Below, in pieces: positions 8,181 through 18,374 of a DNA stretch of 50,429 bases. The notes beneath the pieces were generated by a model. It was not told the origin of the DNA and ran no database searches. It saw only the letters and a program-made list of their open reading frames with translations. The position numbers were made by a program, and so were the translations under genes. Origin of the DNA: a virus (lineage: Duplodnaviria; Caudoviricetes); IMG/VR virus record IMGVR_UViG_3300021356_000031, positions 1 through 50,429 of that record, one strand, 5' to 3'. Every line of letters starts with the position of its first letter. The first letter of the stretch is position 1.

Positions 8181-9902
8181 ATGGCTATTGAAGAGTTTGG
8201 AGAATCATTACTTTCAGCCCAACGTGAGCGGTTTGCTGAGCAAGATAGGCAGGCACGTAAAGCACAAAAGAAAGCTAAACAAGCGCAGTATATGCAACTG
8301 GGCGGTGCCTTGATCGGCTCTCTAGCTCAAACAGGTGCCCAAAAGAAAGCAGCATCTTTTATGCGTAGTGAACCTATTATGGCTGCTAGGGCTAAATATA
8401 ATGCTGGCGTAGCGCAAAGTATTTCTCATTTAGAAAATAATAAACTAGCTCAAGCGCATCAACAAGGTGTTGTAGGTTATTTACGAGATAAATATATTCC
8501 GTTAATACAAGATCAAGTTAATAGAAATATTGATGAAAAAGATTATACTAAAGATGGGTATGACAAATACATCTATGACAAAGCTACTGAATTAGCTCAA
8601 GCTAACGAATCTAAGTTTAACGAAGCTACTGTTGCTGCTATGCGCGTAGGTAAGGACTCCACAGCCTTTGATAACTTTATTAAGTTGAATGACGGCATTG
8701 CTGATACTCCTATAGGTGCGGTAGCTCAAGGCATTACTGGACTCTTTAGAGGTAAATCTCAGCAAGCCTTACGAGCAGATGCAGCTAACAATATTATTAG
8801 TAGTAGATACATTCAAGATGTTGATGCTTTGAAAGCGGCGCAGTCTGCACTAGCCCAAGGCTTCCCGGCGTTAGAGGCCGCGCAGATTGGTCAAAGTGTA
8901 GAAAACTATAAAATGTCTGATGATGATTATAATGAAATTAGTCGAAAAGACGATACTATTACAAAACATATAGCAGGCAAACAATATACTATTACAGGTA
9001 CTCGTGTAATTAAAGAAAATTCATGGGGTCAAAAAAGAGAAACTTTTCAGCCTGATGCAGAGTTTGCTGATCTAGCAAAAAGTTTAACGCCTCCACCAAC
9101 AGTTACAAACGAGACTATAACGGCTATGGGCATAGAATATAATGTTACAACAAAACAACCTATGGATGTTTATGGTAATCCTACTGGTCAGCCTATAATT
9201 ACAAGGCAAGCAATAGGGCCTAGTTTGCGGGGGGCCGCAGCTATAGATGCTAGAGAAGTAAATGAAGTAGGCTCTCAAGTAAGAATGAGATTGCAAACTT
9301 TTAAAACTGGTGTATCAGATAATCCTTTTGAAGACTTTAGTGAGCCTTATGGCGAGTACGTTCTTGCAGATACAGATTTTACTGATAAAGATACTCAGCC
9401 TAAAGATTTATTTGATGCAAGATCCGCTGAAATGATAACTCAAGGATCAAAAATTACAACAGCTACTAATTCAAATAAGTACGCAAATAACTCTAAAAAT
9501 TTAGGAGTTACAATAAGTCAGCATGTATTTTTAAATGATATGGCAAGAATGAGTGATCAAGCCATTGGTGAAGATAACTATGATTTTTCAAAAACTCTTA
9601 TGGTTGCTGGAGCAGATCATTCACCTTTAGAAATTTTAGAAGCCATAGGTAGTATTAAAAAATCTAGACACGCAACAGTAGATTCTCAATATGTAAATAG
9701 CCTGTTAAGTCGAAATTTTTTAGGTGATCAACTAAATGCTTTACAGAGCGATCCAGAAACTTTAGGTAAATACATTAAAGCTTTTAATGCTTATCAAGAT
9801 GATCCAGCATATAATCATTTATTTAGAAAAGAAATACCTTTTGCTGGAGAACGCGCTTCAGTTTATGATTTAATGTTATTAACACAAAGAGCTAGTCAAT
9901 GA
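8181..9902 (+). CDS. Putative internal virion protein
   Basis: 573 aa, abuts neighbouring genes in the operon. Confidence 0.6.
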   Translation: MAIEEFGESLLSAQRERFAEQDRQARKAQKKAKQAQYMQLGGALIGSLAQTGAQKKAASFMRSEPIMAARAKYNAGVAQSISHLENNKLAQAHQQGVVGYLRDKYIPLIQDQVNRNIDEKDYTKDGYDKYIYDKATELAQANESKFNEATVAAMRVGKDSTAFDNFIKLNDGIADTPIGAVAQGITGLFRGKSQQALRADAANNIISSRYIQDVDALKAAQSALAQGFPALEAAQIGQSVENYKMSDDDYNEISRKDDTITKHIAGKQYTITGTRVIKENSWGQKRETFQPDAEFADLAKSLTPPPTVTNETITAMGIEYNVTTKQPMDVYGNPTGQPIITRQAIGPSLRGAAAIDAREVNEVGSQVRMRLQTFKTGVSDNPFEDFSEPYGEYVLADTDFTDKDTQPKDLFDARSAEMITQGSKITTATNSNKYANNSKNLGVTISQHVFLNDMARMSDQAIGEDNYDFSKTLMVAGADHSPLEILEAIGSIKKSRHATVDSQYVNSLLSRNFLGDQLNALQSDPETLGKYIKAFNAYQDDPAYNHLFRKEIPFAGERASVYDLMLLTQRASQ

Positions 9903-12900
9903 CAGAAATTTTAAAACCAAAGTTAAATTTTAATGATGAAAATGCTATAGCAGAGGCGCTAAAGCAGACTCCATTACAAAAAGTTCCTGAAGCTGCACAG
10001 GACTCTACGTTCTCTGTGTCTGACTTTAAGGCCAGACGAGCAGATGACTTAGAGGCTGTATTTGAATACAAGTTTGGTGAAAGTGATTATTATAAAGCAT
10101 TAAGAGATAATGTTCAAGACTTTGCGCCTGATGAAATTATAGACAGGTTAAGACAGGACTCCATGACTTTTTCTGGCTTTGGCACTGCTGCTATGCTTGA
10201 AAAGGCTCCACAAGAAGTTAAAGACGCTTATGGTAGAATACTACAAGATTGGGACAAAACAGATCCAGAAGGCTTTGAAAATTTAACTGCTCTATTTAGC
10301 AATACAAAACATCTAGTACAAGACCCTGTGACTGCTGCTACTTTGATGATAGGAGGCCCCGCACTTCCAATGGCTGCTCAGGCCGCAGTTAAAAAAGAAC
10401 TAGGTAAAAAAGCTTTGCAGTTTATGGCTAGTAATACTAGGAATGCAAACATGACTAAAGCGGCAGCGGCGGGTGCAGGCTGGGCAGGCTTAGGAAACTC
10501 TTCAGAGCAAGCTGTTAACATGGCAGCGGATATACAAAAAGATTTTGATGGTATTCAACTTTCAACCGCATTAGGAACTGGAGCAGTTATCGGTGCACCT
10601 TTAGGTAGATATTCTGAAGATATAGGGGCTGCTCTTGGTAGGGGTGCTGCGCGTCTTAATGAAAGATTTTTTCGTAGCAAGATAGGTGATGACAATATAA
10701 AAACTTCTGTAGATGAAACCGTTGTAGAGCGTCAAATGGTGCAAGAAACTGGTGCGCCACTTCAAAGGGATGAGCTTACACTAGAAGAGGCGCAAGAGGG
10801 CGGGTTAGAATTTATAAATGAAGTAGAAGAAGTTTTAGAGGGTATAGCACCTAGCCCTGAAAAAGCACAAAGTCAAGCAAAGTTTAATGCTAAAAGAGCT
10901 AGAGAGGCTATTAATAAAGCGAACAAAGAGGCGCAAGAAGATCGTTTGTACGGTGGCTTTGTGTCTGACTCTGAGCTAGATGAAATAGCAGAGCAATATG
11001 ACATAGATCGTGAAAACTTAGAAGAAATTATATTTGACTATGAAGCTAATAGAGATCTTCCAAATGTAGATGACTTTGATGATTATCTCATCGAAGAGGT
11101 AGGCGAAGTATTTTATAATCTTAACAAAGCTAAAAAGAGAAAAGAATTTGCTATTGCGTCTTTTAGTAACTACATGGCTAATCGAAAGAAAGGCTCAGAT
11201 CCTGTCCCTGAAAATTTAGAAAGGGCTGTCAATGCTTTAACTATTATGGCACAAGAGGCTGGGCGTGTAGACCCTCCTCAAGCTATTGTATCTAAAGCTC
11301 AAGCGTTTACTGCTAAGATAGGCGGTAGTGAAAAGACTGAAGCAGAAGTAGCAGATGTGCTTATGCAAGCAGAGCAGGGATTAATTTCTCCAGATAATGC
11401 ACGGGCAGCTTTATTAAAAACAACTCAAAAATTTCATGGCAAGTATGTTTTTGGTAGACCTACTAAGGTTTTGACAAAATTTAGTGAGTCACCAACAGCT
11501 GTGCGTCTAGCAGAAATGATGCGTTATGATGCTAATCAAACTTTCACCAGTGAAACTAAACAAGTTGGAATGGACTTCAATGAAACTTGGAAGGATTATG
11601 CAGGCTCCTTGTACTCTCCTTTAATACAAGCTATGCACGGCTTGCGTGATATTTCGCATGGTGGATTAAAAGATGCTATTAATTTAGATCTAAGCAGGGC
11701 TTTACGTGGTCAAAAATCTCAATCAGAAGAAGTTAATAAGGCGGCAAGTCTTATTAGAAAAAATGTTTTAAACACAGTAGTAGACCGTAATAGAGAGTTA
11801 GGTTTTGAAACAGACCTTATAGATGAAGACTACTTCCCTCGTTTGTGGAACCGCTCAGCTATTTTAAAAGATTTTTATGGCACATCAAATGTTTTTACAG
11901 ATGAAAAAAGAAATAAACTTGCAGGTAAGGGGCCGAACAAATTTGCTAAACTTCTTGTAGCAGACGGAGAGGCTGAAAATATTCAAGAAGCAAATGCAAT
12001 TATAGCAGGTATGCTTAAAAAGAAAACAGATGCAGAAGGCCCCGCCGGTGCAGAGTTTGTTTCTGGTAACTCCTTTTTTACTGCTAGAAAATTTACGAAT
12101 ATAAAAAACGATAATAAATACGAAGAATTTTTAGATAATAATGTAGAAAATGTAATGTTTCAATACATTACTCAGAGCGCAAATAAATATACTAAAAGAA
12201 AAGTATTTGGCGTGGACACTCTAGAGCGCAGTGATTTACCTTTTGATCAAAGAAAAGATTTTAATACAGTTTATATAGATAGGATTAAGGCTGAAGTCGA
12301 AGCAGCAGGTAACACTTTTACTGGGCAAGACTACAAAGATATTCAGAATTTATATAAAAGTATGACAGGAGAAGGTATAGAAGACTATGGACAAGGCGGT
12401 CAGGTTGCGCGTGATACTTATGCAACATTAGTACGCATGTCTACTTTGCCTCTAGCTACGATTTCAAGTCTTACTGAGATTTTACTAAATATTCAAAAAG
12501 CAGGAACTAAAGAGTCTGTTAAAGGATTTGGTAATGCTCTTGCTCAGGGAACAGAACTAATTACTAATGGCATTCGTAGGCGACTAGGGCAACAAGGATT
12601 GTCTGATCCTGAAATATTTGATGAAATGCGCGAATCATTTTTAATGTTAGAAAATGCTAACATTAGCGCAGCAGATAGGCTGGGTGATTCTTCTATTGCT
12701 GGGCATGGTTTTAAACAAGCTAACAGAAAATTTTTCCAAGTTACTTTACTTGACGGTTGGACAAAAACTGTGCAGCTTTCTGCGTATAATACAGGTAAAT
12801 CTTTAATACACAAAAATTTAAAAGCTATAGCAGATAATGGGACTTTGCCAGACTCTAAAAGAATTGGCAATATGCGGGATCAGCTTGCTGCATTAAATGT

Positions 12901-15226
12901 AGATGTAGATGAGGGCCTTGCGTATCTTAAAAGAAATGATGGGCAAATAAATACAAAAGATCCATTTTATAAGTCTGTTAAGCGTGGTGCTGGCCGATAT
13001 GTAAATGAAGTAGTTTTAGATACGGGGCCTAGAGCAGCTATAAAACCTATTTGGATGTCCGATCCAAAGAAGGCTATTTTTGCTGAGCTTCTTGGATATC
13101 CTACAGCTTTTTCAAATAAAGTTTTAAAAGAGTTTGTTAGAGGTTTTTCAAAGCCTATAGATAATCCTGAAGCTTTTGCAAATGCCTTGGCAGCTTCTTT
13201 GTCTATGACAGCTGCCGCTATTGGTTTAAACTATGTTCGTAATCCTGATTCTTTTAATGATAAAAGTGGAGCAGAGATAGCGGCTGAAGGCGTATCTAGA
13301 TGGGGTGGGGCTGGTATACTATTAGATATGGTGCAAAGAACTCAAAAAACTTATGACATCACAGGTAATCCTGCTACAGCCGCGTTAGGTCTGGCTGGGC
13401 CTGTCGGTAGTGATATAGGTAGAGTAGCAAGTTACGGTAAACTAGGGCCTATCATTGGGGGCAGAATGCCGGGATATGGTCTTCTTGGTTCGCTTCCTAA
13501 TGAAACAAAAGAACAATACGATAAATTTTTTAGCGACTTAGAAAAGAAAGAAAAAAGACTGCCTTATAGGAAAGGAGGTGAAGTTGAAATAGAAAGGGCT
13601 GCTGAAGAGCCTGATGAGCGCATAGATAAAGTAACAGGCAGACCTTACGATTCTCAAGCTGGTGAAGCTTTTATTGATGAAGAGGATCGCTCTGAGCGCA
13701 AGCAGTTTGTTATTGGAGGACTTTCAAGAGCAATATCTAGAGAGCTTTCACCTTTTGTTAGTGAACTAGCTAAAACTATTTTGGGAGAAACCAAAAAAAA
13801 TAATGTAAAGGTAAGTCAAGAGGGCGCTGTAAAGGTTGCAAAGAATATTGAAGAAGCTTACTCCAGCACTGATCCAGATATGCCTGCTGATTTAGATGAT
13901 CCAGATTTTCGTGAGTTTGTATTTACAGATACAAAACAGCTGTTAAATGAAAAACACGATATGTCTATGGCTGATTTTAGAGCAGAAATGCCAGAATTTA
14001 TAGATAAAGATAATACGTTAATTATGGGGCGTGAATTTAGTAAGGCGCGTGGTTATGACGATGAGCAGATCAGAGACTTTGAAAGAGCTATGGAGCTTTC
14101 AGAAATGTTTGCTATGGAAGGCAACGATGTGATGGATGTTAGCGCCCACATAGCACAAGAGCTAGATACTATTGGTGCTAGAGCTTTAGGCACAGATTGG
14201 ATAAGTAAGTTTGATAATATTTACAAAACTTCTGCTGCCAGATATGATAACAGAGTTGTAACTTCTAAAGAAGTGCAGGCACTAATAGATGAGTTTACGC
14301 CAGAAGAAAGAAAGCTGGCTAAAAAAATATTTAGTAAAATGCCTCGCCAAGCTTTGCAATTAGATCAGCAAGGTAAACGTGTAGCTATCGACTATTCAGT
14401 TTCAGATGAGCAACGATTAGATAACTTAGATAAGTTTTTAGCTAACTCTCAAGAAAAGAATATGGTCTATCGCTCAACAGCCAGTGGTTTCTTTAATGAG
14501 TTTGATGAGGCTGTAAACATGCCGCAGGAAACAGGGCTGCATGTGGGCACTAAGGCTCAAGCGGAGCGTATGGCGTTGTTCCGCAGGGAAGATGAAGATG
14601 TGTATGATGAAGATAGTGGAATATCATCTAAAAAACTATCTAAGCGTCTTGCAGAGCCTGTGCGCGAAGGGGAGACTCCACCGCCTTTAGCAATGACTAG
14701 AGGGTTTATACGGGTGGAAAGTCCACTATTAATAGAAGATATGAGCTTTGGAACTTACTCTAATGCGACATCTCTATTTGATTCTCCCAGTACGATGGCT
14801 GCAATAACAGAGGCTGTGCTAACACAAGCTCCCAAGCTAAATGCTACTAAGTTCAGTAATGCAAAACAGAACCTGTATGAAAAAGTATTAGACTTTGAAG
14901 CTTGGCAAGAGGCTGTAACAGATGGCACCCTTAATAAAAAGAAAATGTCAGAAAAAGATTTACTTGTGGAGCGTATGAAGATAGCGGATTTAAATATTAC
15001 ATTTAGAAAAATGCTAGAAGATCAGGGTTTTGACTCTATTAAATATTTAAACTTAGCAGATACTCCTGCTGAAGAAGAAACTGTAAATGCTTTTTCTTAC
15101 ATACTGTTTAAGCCTGAGCAATACAAAACTCAAAATGCTGTAGAGTTTGATCCCAAAGATCCACGGCATAACTTTGAGCATGGGGGTAAAGTACTAACTG
15201 TTTTAAAGAGAAGGAAAGCAGCATGA
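9899..15226 (+). CDS. Very large internal virion/ejection protein with C-terminal ADP-ribosyltransferase-like domain
   Basis: 1775 aa helical body with DYFPRLW. C-terminal VYRST...GLHVGT...QGFDSIKY...YILFKPEQYK...FDP pattern resembles ART-PolyVal. Confidence 0.65.
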   Translation: MTEILKPKLNFNDENAIAEALKQTPLQKVPEAAQDSTFSVSDFKARRADDLEAVFEYKFGESDYYKALRDNVQDFAPDEIIDRLRQDSMTFSGFGTAAMLEKAPQEVKDAYGRILQDWDKTDPEGFENLTALFSNTKHLVQDPVTAATLMIGGPALPMAAQAAVKKELGKKALQFMASNTRNANMTKAAAAGAGWAGLGNSSEQAVNMAADIQKDFDGIQLSTALGTGAVIGAPLGRYSEDIGAALGRGAARLNERFFRSKIGDDNIKTSVDETVVERQMVQETGAPLQRDELTLEEAQEGGLEFINEVEEVLEGIAPSPEKAQSQAKFNAKRAREAINKANKEAQEDRLYGGFVSDSELDEIAEQYDIDRENLEEIIFDYEANRDLPNVDDFDDYLIEEVGEVFYNLNKAKKRKEFAIASFSNYMANRKKGSDPVPENLERAVNALTIMAQEAGRVDPPQAIVSKAQAFTAKIGGSEKTEAEVADVLMQAEQGLISPDNARAALLKTTQKFHGKYVFGRPTKVLTKFSESPTAVRLAEMMRYDANQTFTSETKQVGMDFNETWKDYAGSLYSPLIQAMHGLRDISHGGLKDAINLDLSRALRGQKSQSEEVNKAASLIRKNVLNTVVDRNRELGFETDLIDEDYFPRLWNRSAILKDFYGTSNVFTDEKRNKLAGKGPNKFAKLLVADGEAENIQEANAIIAGMLKKKTDAEGPAGAEFVSGNSFFTARKFTNIKNDNKYEEFLDNNVENVMFQYITQSANKYTKRKVFGVDTLERSDLPFDQRKDFNTVYIDRIKAEVEAAGNTFTGQDYKDIQNLYKSMTGEGIEDYGQGGQVARDTYATLVRMSTLPLATISSLTEILLNIQKAGTKESVKGFGNALAQGTELITNGIRRRLGQQGLSDPEIFDEMRESFLMLENANISAADRLGDSSIAGHGFKQANRKFFQVTLLDGWTKTVQLSAYNTGKSLIHKNLKAIADNGTLPDSKRIGNMRDQLAALNVDVDEGLAYLKRNDGQINTKDPFYKSVKRGAGRYVNEVVLDTGPRAAIKPIWMSDPKKAIFAELLGYPTAFSNKVLKEFVRGFSKPIDNPEAFANALAASLSMTAAAIGLNYVRNPDSFNDKSGAEIAAEGVSRWGGAGILLDMVQRTQKTYDITGNPATAALGLAGPVGSDIGRVASYGKLGPIIGGRMPGYGLLGSLPNETKEQYDKFFSDLEKKEKRLPYRKGGEVEIERAAEEPDERIDKVTGRPYDSQAGEAFIDEEDRSERKQFVIGGLSRAISRELSPFVSELAKTILGETKKNNVKVSQEGAVKVAKNIEEAYSSTDPDMPADLDDPDFREFVFTDTKQLLNEKHDMSMADFRAEMPEFIDKDNTLIMGREFSKARGYDDEQIRDFERAMELSEMFAMEGNDVMDVSAHIAQELDTIGARALGTDWISKFDNIYKTSAARYDNRVVTSKEVQALIDEFTPEERKLAKKIFSKMPRQALQLDQQGKRVAIDYSVSDEQRLDNLDKFLANSQEKNMVYRSTASGFFNEFDEAVNMPQETGLHVGTKAQAERMALFRREDEDVYDEDSGISSKKLSKRLAEPVREGETPPPLAMTRGFIRVESPLLIEDMSFGTYSNATSLFDSPSTMAAITEAVLTQAPKLNATKFSNAKQNLYEKVLDFEAWQEAVTDGTLNKKKMSEKDLLVERMKIADLNITFRKMLEDQGFDSIKYLNLADTPAEEETVNAFSYILFKPEQYKTQNAVEFDPKDPRHNFEHGGKVLTVLKRRKAA

Positions 15227-16089
15227 AGTATGAAATTAAAAGAGGCGATACGTTAAGTCAAATAGCTCGTAAATTTAATATGAACTATAAAGAACTTGCA
15301 CGTTTAAATAAAATAGCTGATCCTGATAAAATTAGAGCGGGTCAAGTTATTAGTGTGCCGACTCAAGATATGAAAGCTCAAGTTGAAGCTGCTCAGCAAC
15401 CTGTACGCAAAGAGCCTATTAAACAACAAGCTCCTGTACGCGAAAAACCTGCTAGGCAGCCAGCCCCTCTGCGTCAAGAGCCTACTAAACAAGAGGCTCC
15501 TAAAAAGGAGTCTTTGATGAGTATGCCCAGCCGCCTTGCAAATCCTGTGCGTAATGAAGATCCTTTAATATCTACTAATGTGCGACAGTTTGTGTATGAC
15601 TTATTTGGAGGTTCAGAAACTTTAACAGAAAAAGATTTAAAACAAGAAGAAAAAGAAGCTTTAAAAAAGGCAGCCTTACGCGCACAAAGTCAAGGTAAAA
15701 AAGCTATTGAATACGCTGATTATGGTACTCAAGCTAAAGGGCAAAGCCAGTATGCAGATGTAGGCGGGGGTGGGGGAGCTTTAGATTTTATTACTAAAGT
15801 ATTTGATCCTCAGTATTCTATGAAGACTACCATAGGTCAAGCTCGTATAGAACAAGACGATGATGGGAATACTATTATTGTAGATCGTTATAACTTTAAT
15901 GACTCTGACGATAAGTTTAGTTTTACAGGTTTAATGGCTGGCATTAAAAAAGCAGGCTTTAGCCCATACGCGCAGCTAAGAAACATAGCTAGAGAGTTAG
16001 GAAGCGGAGAAGGTGAAGGGAGCGAAGTAAGAATTAATTTAGGTAAGCTTGCTTCTGCGGATGTTAAAAAAGTAGAAGGTCTTATTTAG
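15223..16089 (+). CDS. LysM-domain protein
   Basis: YEIKRGDTLSQIARKFNMNYKELARLNKIADPDKIRAGQVISVP is a canonical LysM. Confidence 0.9.
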   Translation: MKYEIKRGDTLSQIARKFNMNYKELARLNKIADPDKIRAGQVISVPTQDMKAQVEAAQQPVRKEPIKQQAPVREKPARQPAPLRQEPTKQEAPKKESLMSMPSRLANPVRNEDPLISTNVRQFVYDLFGGSETLTEKDLKQEEKEALKKAALRAQSQGKKAIEYADYGTQAKGQSQYADVGGGGGALDFITKVFDPQYSMKTTIGQARIEQDDDGNTIIVDRYNFNDSDDKFSFTGLMAGIKKAGFSPYAQLRNIARELGSGEGEGSEVRINLGKLASADVKKVEGLI

Positions 16090-16457
16090 TGTATAAGCAC
16101 TTTACAGAAGAAGAACTGGAGTGTAAGCACTGCCAAGCCAAGGGTATAGACCCCATGTTCATGAAGAAGGTAGATGCCTTACGTGAAAAGCTTGGCTTTA
16201 GCTTTCCTGTAACCTCTGCATACCGTTGTCCTGACCACCCCATAGAGGCCCGTAAAGCCTCTCCGGGGGCACATGCGTCAGGTAGGGCCATAGACATAGG
16301 GGTGTCCCATGAGAGGGCTTACAGGCTCGTACAGGGCGCTCTAGAGGCAGGTTTTACAGGTATTGGTATAAGTCAGAAAGGCCCCACAAGGTTCATACAC
16401 CTTGATGACTTAGAAGACTCTGAAGGCCGTCCAAGACCACACATCTGGAGTTATTAA
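16089..16457 (+). CDS. Endolysin, peptidase M15 family
   Basis: VTSAYRCPDH, GAHASGRAID and FIHLD zinc-peptidase motifs. Confidence 0.9.
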   Translation: MYKHFTEEELECKHCQAKGIDPMFMKKVDALREKLGFSFPVTSAYRCPDHPIEARKASPGAHASGRAIDIGVSHERAYRLVQGALEAGFTGIGISQKGPTRFIHLDDLEDSEGRPRPHIWSY

Positions 16458-16458
16458 T

Positions 16459-16848
16459 ATGAGTTTAGTAGCAAGCTTAGTAGGCCCTGTATCTGGACTA
16501 CTGGATAAGTTTATTGAAGACAAGGATCAGAAGAATGCTTTGGCCCATGAGATTGCTACCATGTCTGAGAAACATGCACAGGAGTTAGCTAAGGGTCAGC
16601 TTGAGGTTAACAAAACTGAAGCAGCACACTCTAATATCTTTGTAAGCGGCTGGAGGCCCTTCATTGGCTGGACATGTGGGCTAGGTATGTTTGGTAACTT
16701 CATTACTATACCATTTGCAAACTTTGTACTGGCCCTTTTAAAAATATCTATTGTCATTCCTCTCGTACCGCTAGAAACAATGATGCCTGTTCTCATGGGT
16801 ATGTTGGGTTTAGGTGCTATGAGAAGCTACGAAAAGACCAGAAAATGA
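16459..16848 (+). CDS. Holin (3TM / GTA-type)
   Basis: FVSGWRPFIGW...GMLGLGAMRSYEK signature. Confidence 0.85.
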   Translation: MSLVASLVGPVSGLLDKFIEDKDQKNALAHEIATMSEKHAQELAKGQLEVNKTEAAHSNIFVSGWRPFIGWTCGLGMFGNFITIPFANFVLALLKISIVIPLVPLETMMPVLMGMLGLGAMRSYEKTRK

Positions 16849-17294
16849 TCGGTGAAATATCTGCAATTATAGCTGGTGTTAATGCTGCAACAGGCGCTAT
16901 CAAGCGTGTAGCTGAAACTACAAATGATATACAATCTATATCAGGATTTTTATCAACACTAGGCGGCGCTGAAGTAGAGCTTGCACGGGCGCAAAATGAA
17001 GGTAAACTATCTGAAGCAGACGCTGTAAAGGCTGCATTAGCTAAAAAACAAATACAAGAAACCATGCAAGAAATTAAAGATTTGTTTACTATTAGCGGTA
17101 ACGGTCAGCTATACAACGAAGCTATGGCTGCTATGGCTGAAGCAAGAAAGGCTAAACAGCAAGAGTTGGCTAGAGCAGTAGCGGCTAAGAAACAGTTTTG
17201 GAAAGATGTAAGAGAAATAGGCGCTGTTATAGGGGTAATATTAATATTATTGCCTTTAATTTTAGCAGTATTACTTTCATATGTAACTAGATAA
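16845..17294 (+). CDS. Hypothetical protein with C-terminal TM helix
   Basis: 149 aa, helical, hydrophobic C-terminus; ATGA overlap with the holin. Confidence 0.7.
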   Translation: MIGEISAIIAGVNAATGAIKRVAETTNDIQSISGFLSTLGGAEVELARAQNEGKLSEADAVKAALAKKQIQETMQEIKDLFTISGNGQLYNEAMAAMAEARKAKQQELARAVAAKKQFWKDVREIGAVIGVILILLPLILAVLLSYVTR

Positions 17295-17305
17295 CTGGAG
17301 GCACC

Positions 17306-17503
17306 ATGCCAGCAGCTAAGAAACCAGCGAAAAAAAAATCCAGAGTTAACGAGGCAGGTAATTATACTAAGCCTACAATGCGTAAGCGTTTATTTAACAA
17401 GATCAAGGCAGGTTCTAAAGGTGGAAAACCGGGGCAATGGTCAGCCCGTAAAGCTCAGATGCTTGCTAAACAATATAAAGAAGCAGGTGGCGGGTATAAG
17501 TAA
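17306..17503 (+). CDS. Small basic protein (DUF5872-like N-terminal half)
   Basis: GSKGGKPGQWSARKAQMLAKQYKEAGGGY; GGAGG SD. Confidence 0.7.
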   Translation: MPAAKKPAKKKSRVNEAGNYTKPTMRKRLFNKIKAGSKGGKPGQWSARKAQMLAKQYKEAGGGYK

Positions 17504-17805
17504 TGGCTGATCCTAAGAAGGGTACAGGTAAAAAGCCTAAAGGTTCAGGTCGTAGATTATATACTGATGAGAATCCTAAAGATACTGTTCGTATTAAATA
17601 CGCCACTGTACAAGATGCTAGAGACACTGCACGCAAAGTTAAAAATATAAGTAAGCCCTATGCTCGTAAGATACAGATATTAACTGTAATGGAGCAAAGA
17701 GCTAAGGTTGCTGGTAAGTCTAAGCAGGCAGAGATTGCTAAAAAAGCAAAGGAGTCTCTTAGGAGGAAGCATGACAAAACAAGCACAACAAAAAAAAGAA
17801 AATAA
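17503..17805 (+). CDS. Small basic protein
   Basis: 100 aa, Lys/Arg-rich, RRLYTDENPKDTV motif. Confidence 0.7.
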   Translation: MADPKKGTGKKPKGSGRRLYTDENPKDTVRIKYATVQDARDTARKVKNISKPYARKIQILTVMEQRAKVAGKSKQAEIAKKAKESLRRKHDKTSTTKKRK

Positions 17806-17860
17806 AAAAGAACTTGAAAAACGGGTCAGACAACAACAGGATAAAAGGCACAACCAATAA
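17771..17860 (+). CDS. 29-aa basic peptide (not in ORF track)
   Basis: MTKQAQQKKENKKELEKRVRQQQDKRHNQ; AGGAGG SD; stop overlaps the next ATG. Confidence 0.55.
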   Translation: MTKQAQQKKENKKELEKRVRQQQDKRHNQ

Positions 17861-18129
17861 TGACACTCATAAAATTACTTCCTATATTAATACTTCTACA
17901 GGGCTGTACGTGGTACGGAGAGTTTGAACATATATCAAGCGTCCCTAATGGTAGTCCTTTTAATGACCGTTCTGAAACTTCTACAGATATTGTGTGGACA
18001 GGTTTAAAGATAGAGAAAGATACGTGGTACGTAGATGGTGCTTTAGGCTACGAGACATCCTCAGAGTTTGAGGGGCGCAATCCTTACGGTAGAATAAAGA
18101 TAGGTAAGGAACTAAAAACATGGGATTAA
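17860..18129 (+). CDS. Putative lipoprotein
   Basis: Signal peptide MTLIKLLPILILLQG-C with lipobox-like Cys; beta-strand-rich mature part. Confidence 0.6.
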   Translation: MTLIKLLPILILLQGCTWYGEFEHISSVPNGSPFNDRSETSTDIVWTGLKIEKDTWYVDGALGYETSSEFEGRNPYGRIKIGKELKTWD

Positions 18130-18374
18130 AAAAATCACAGAAGTCCCTTAAAGAGTGGACTAAACAGAAATGGGGTACTAAGTCAGGTAAACCATCAACA
18201 CAAGGAGCAAAAGCAACAGGTGAAAGGTATCTCCCGAAGAAGGCTAGAGAGGCTTTATCAGCAGCGGAGTACGCTGCCACTTCCAGAAAGAAAAGAGAAG
18301 ACACCAAGAAGGGAAAGCAGCACTCAAAGCAACCTAAGAAAATAGCTAAGAAGACAGCGAGGCATCGTAAATGA
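18120..18374 (+). CDS. Small basic protein (DUF5872-like C-terminal half)
   Basis: QKSLKEWTKQKWGT...ERYLPKKAREALS...KKGKQ. Confidence 0.7.
   Translation: MGLKKSQKSLKEWTKQKWGTKSGKPSTQGAKATGERYLPKKAREALSAAEYAATSRKKREDTKKGKQHSKQPKKIAKKTARHRK

Noticed and set aside
9899-15226. Virion RNA polymerase (N4- or crAss-like)
   Set aside because: No DxDGD/DFDID or T7-type polymerase motifs were recognised; a remote fold cannot be excluded without a structure search.
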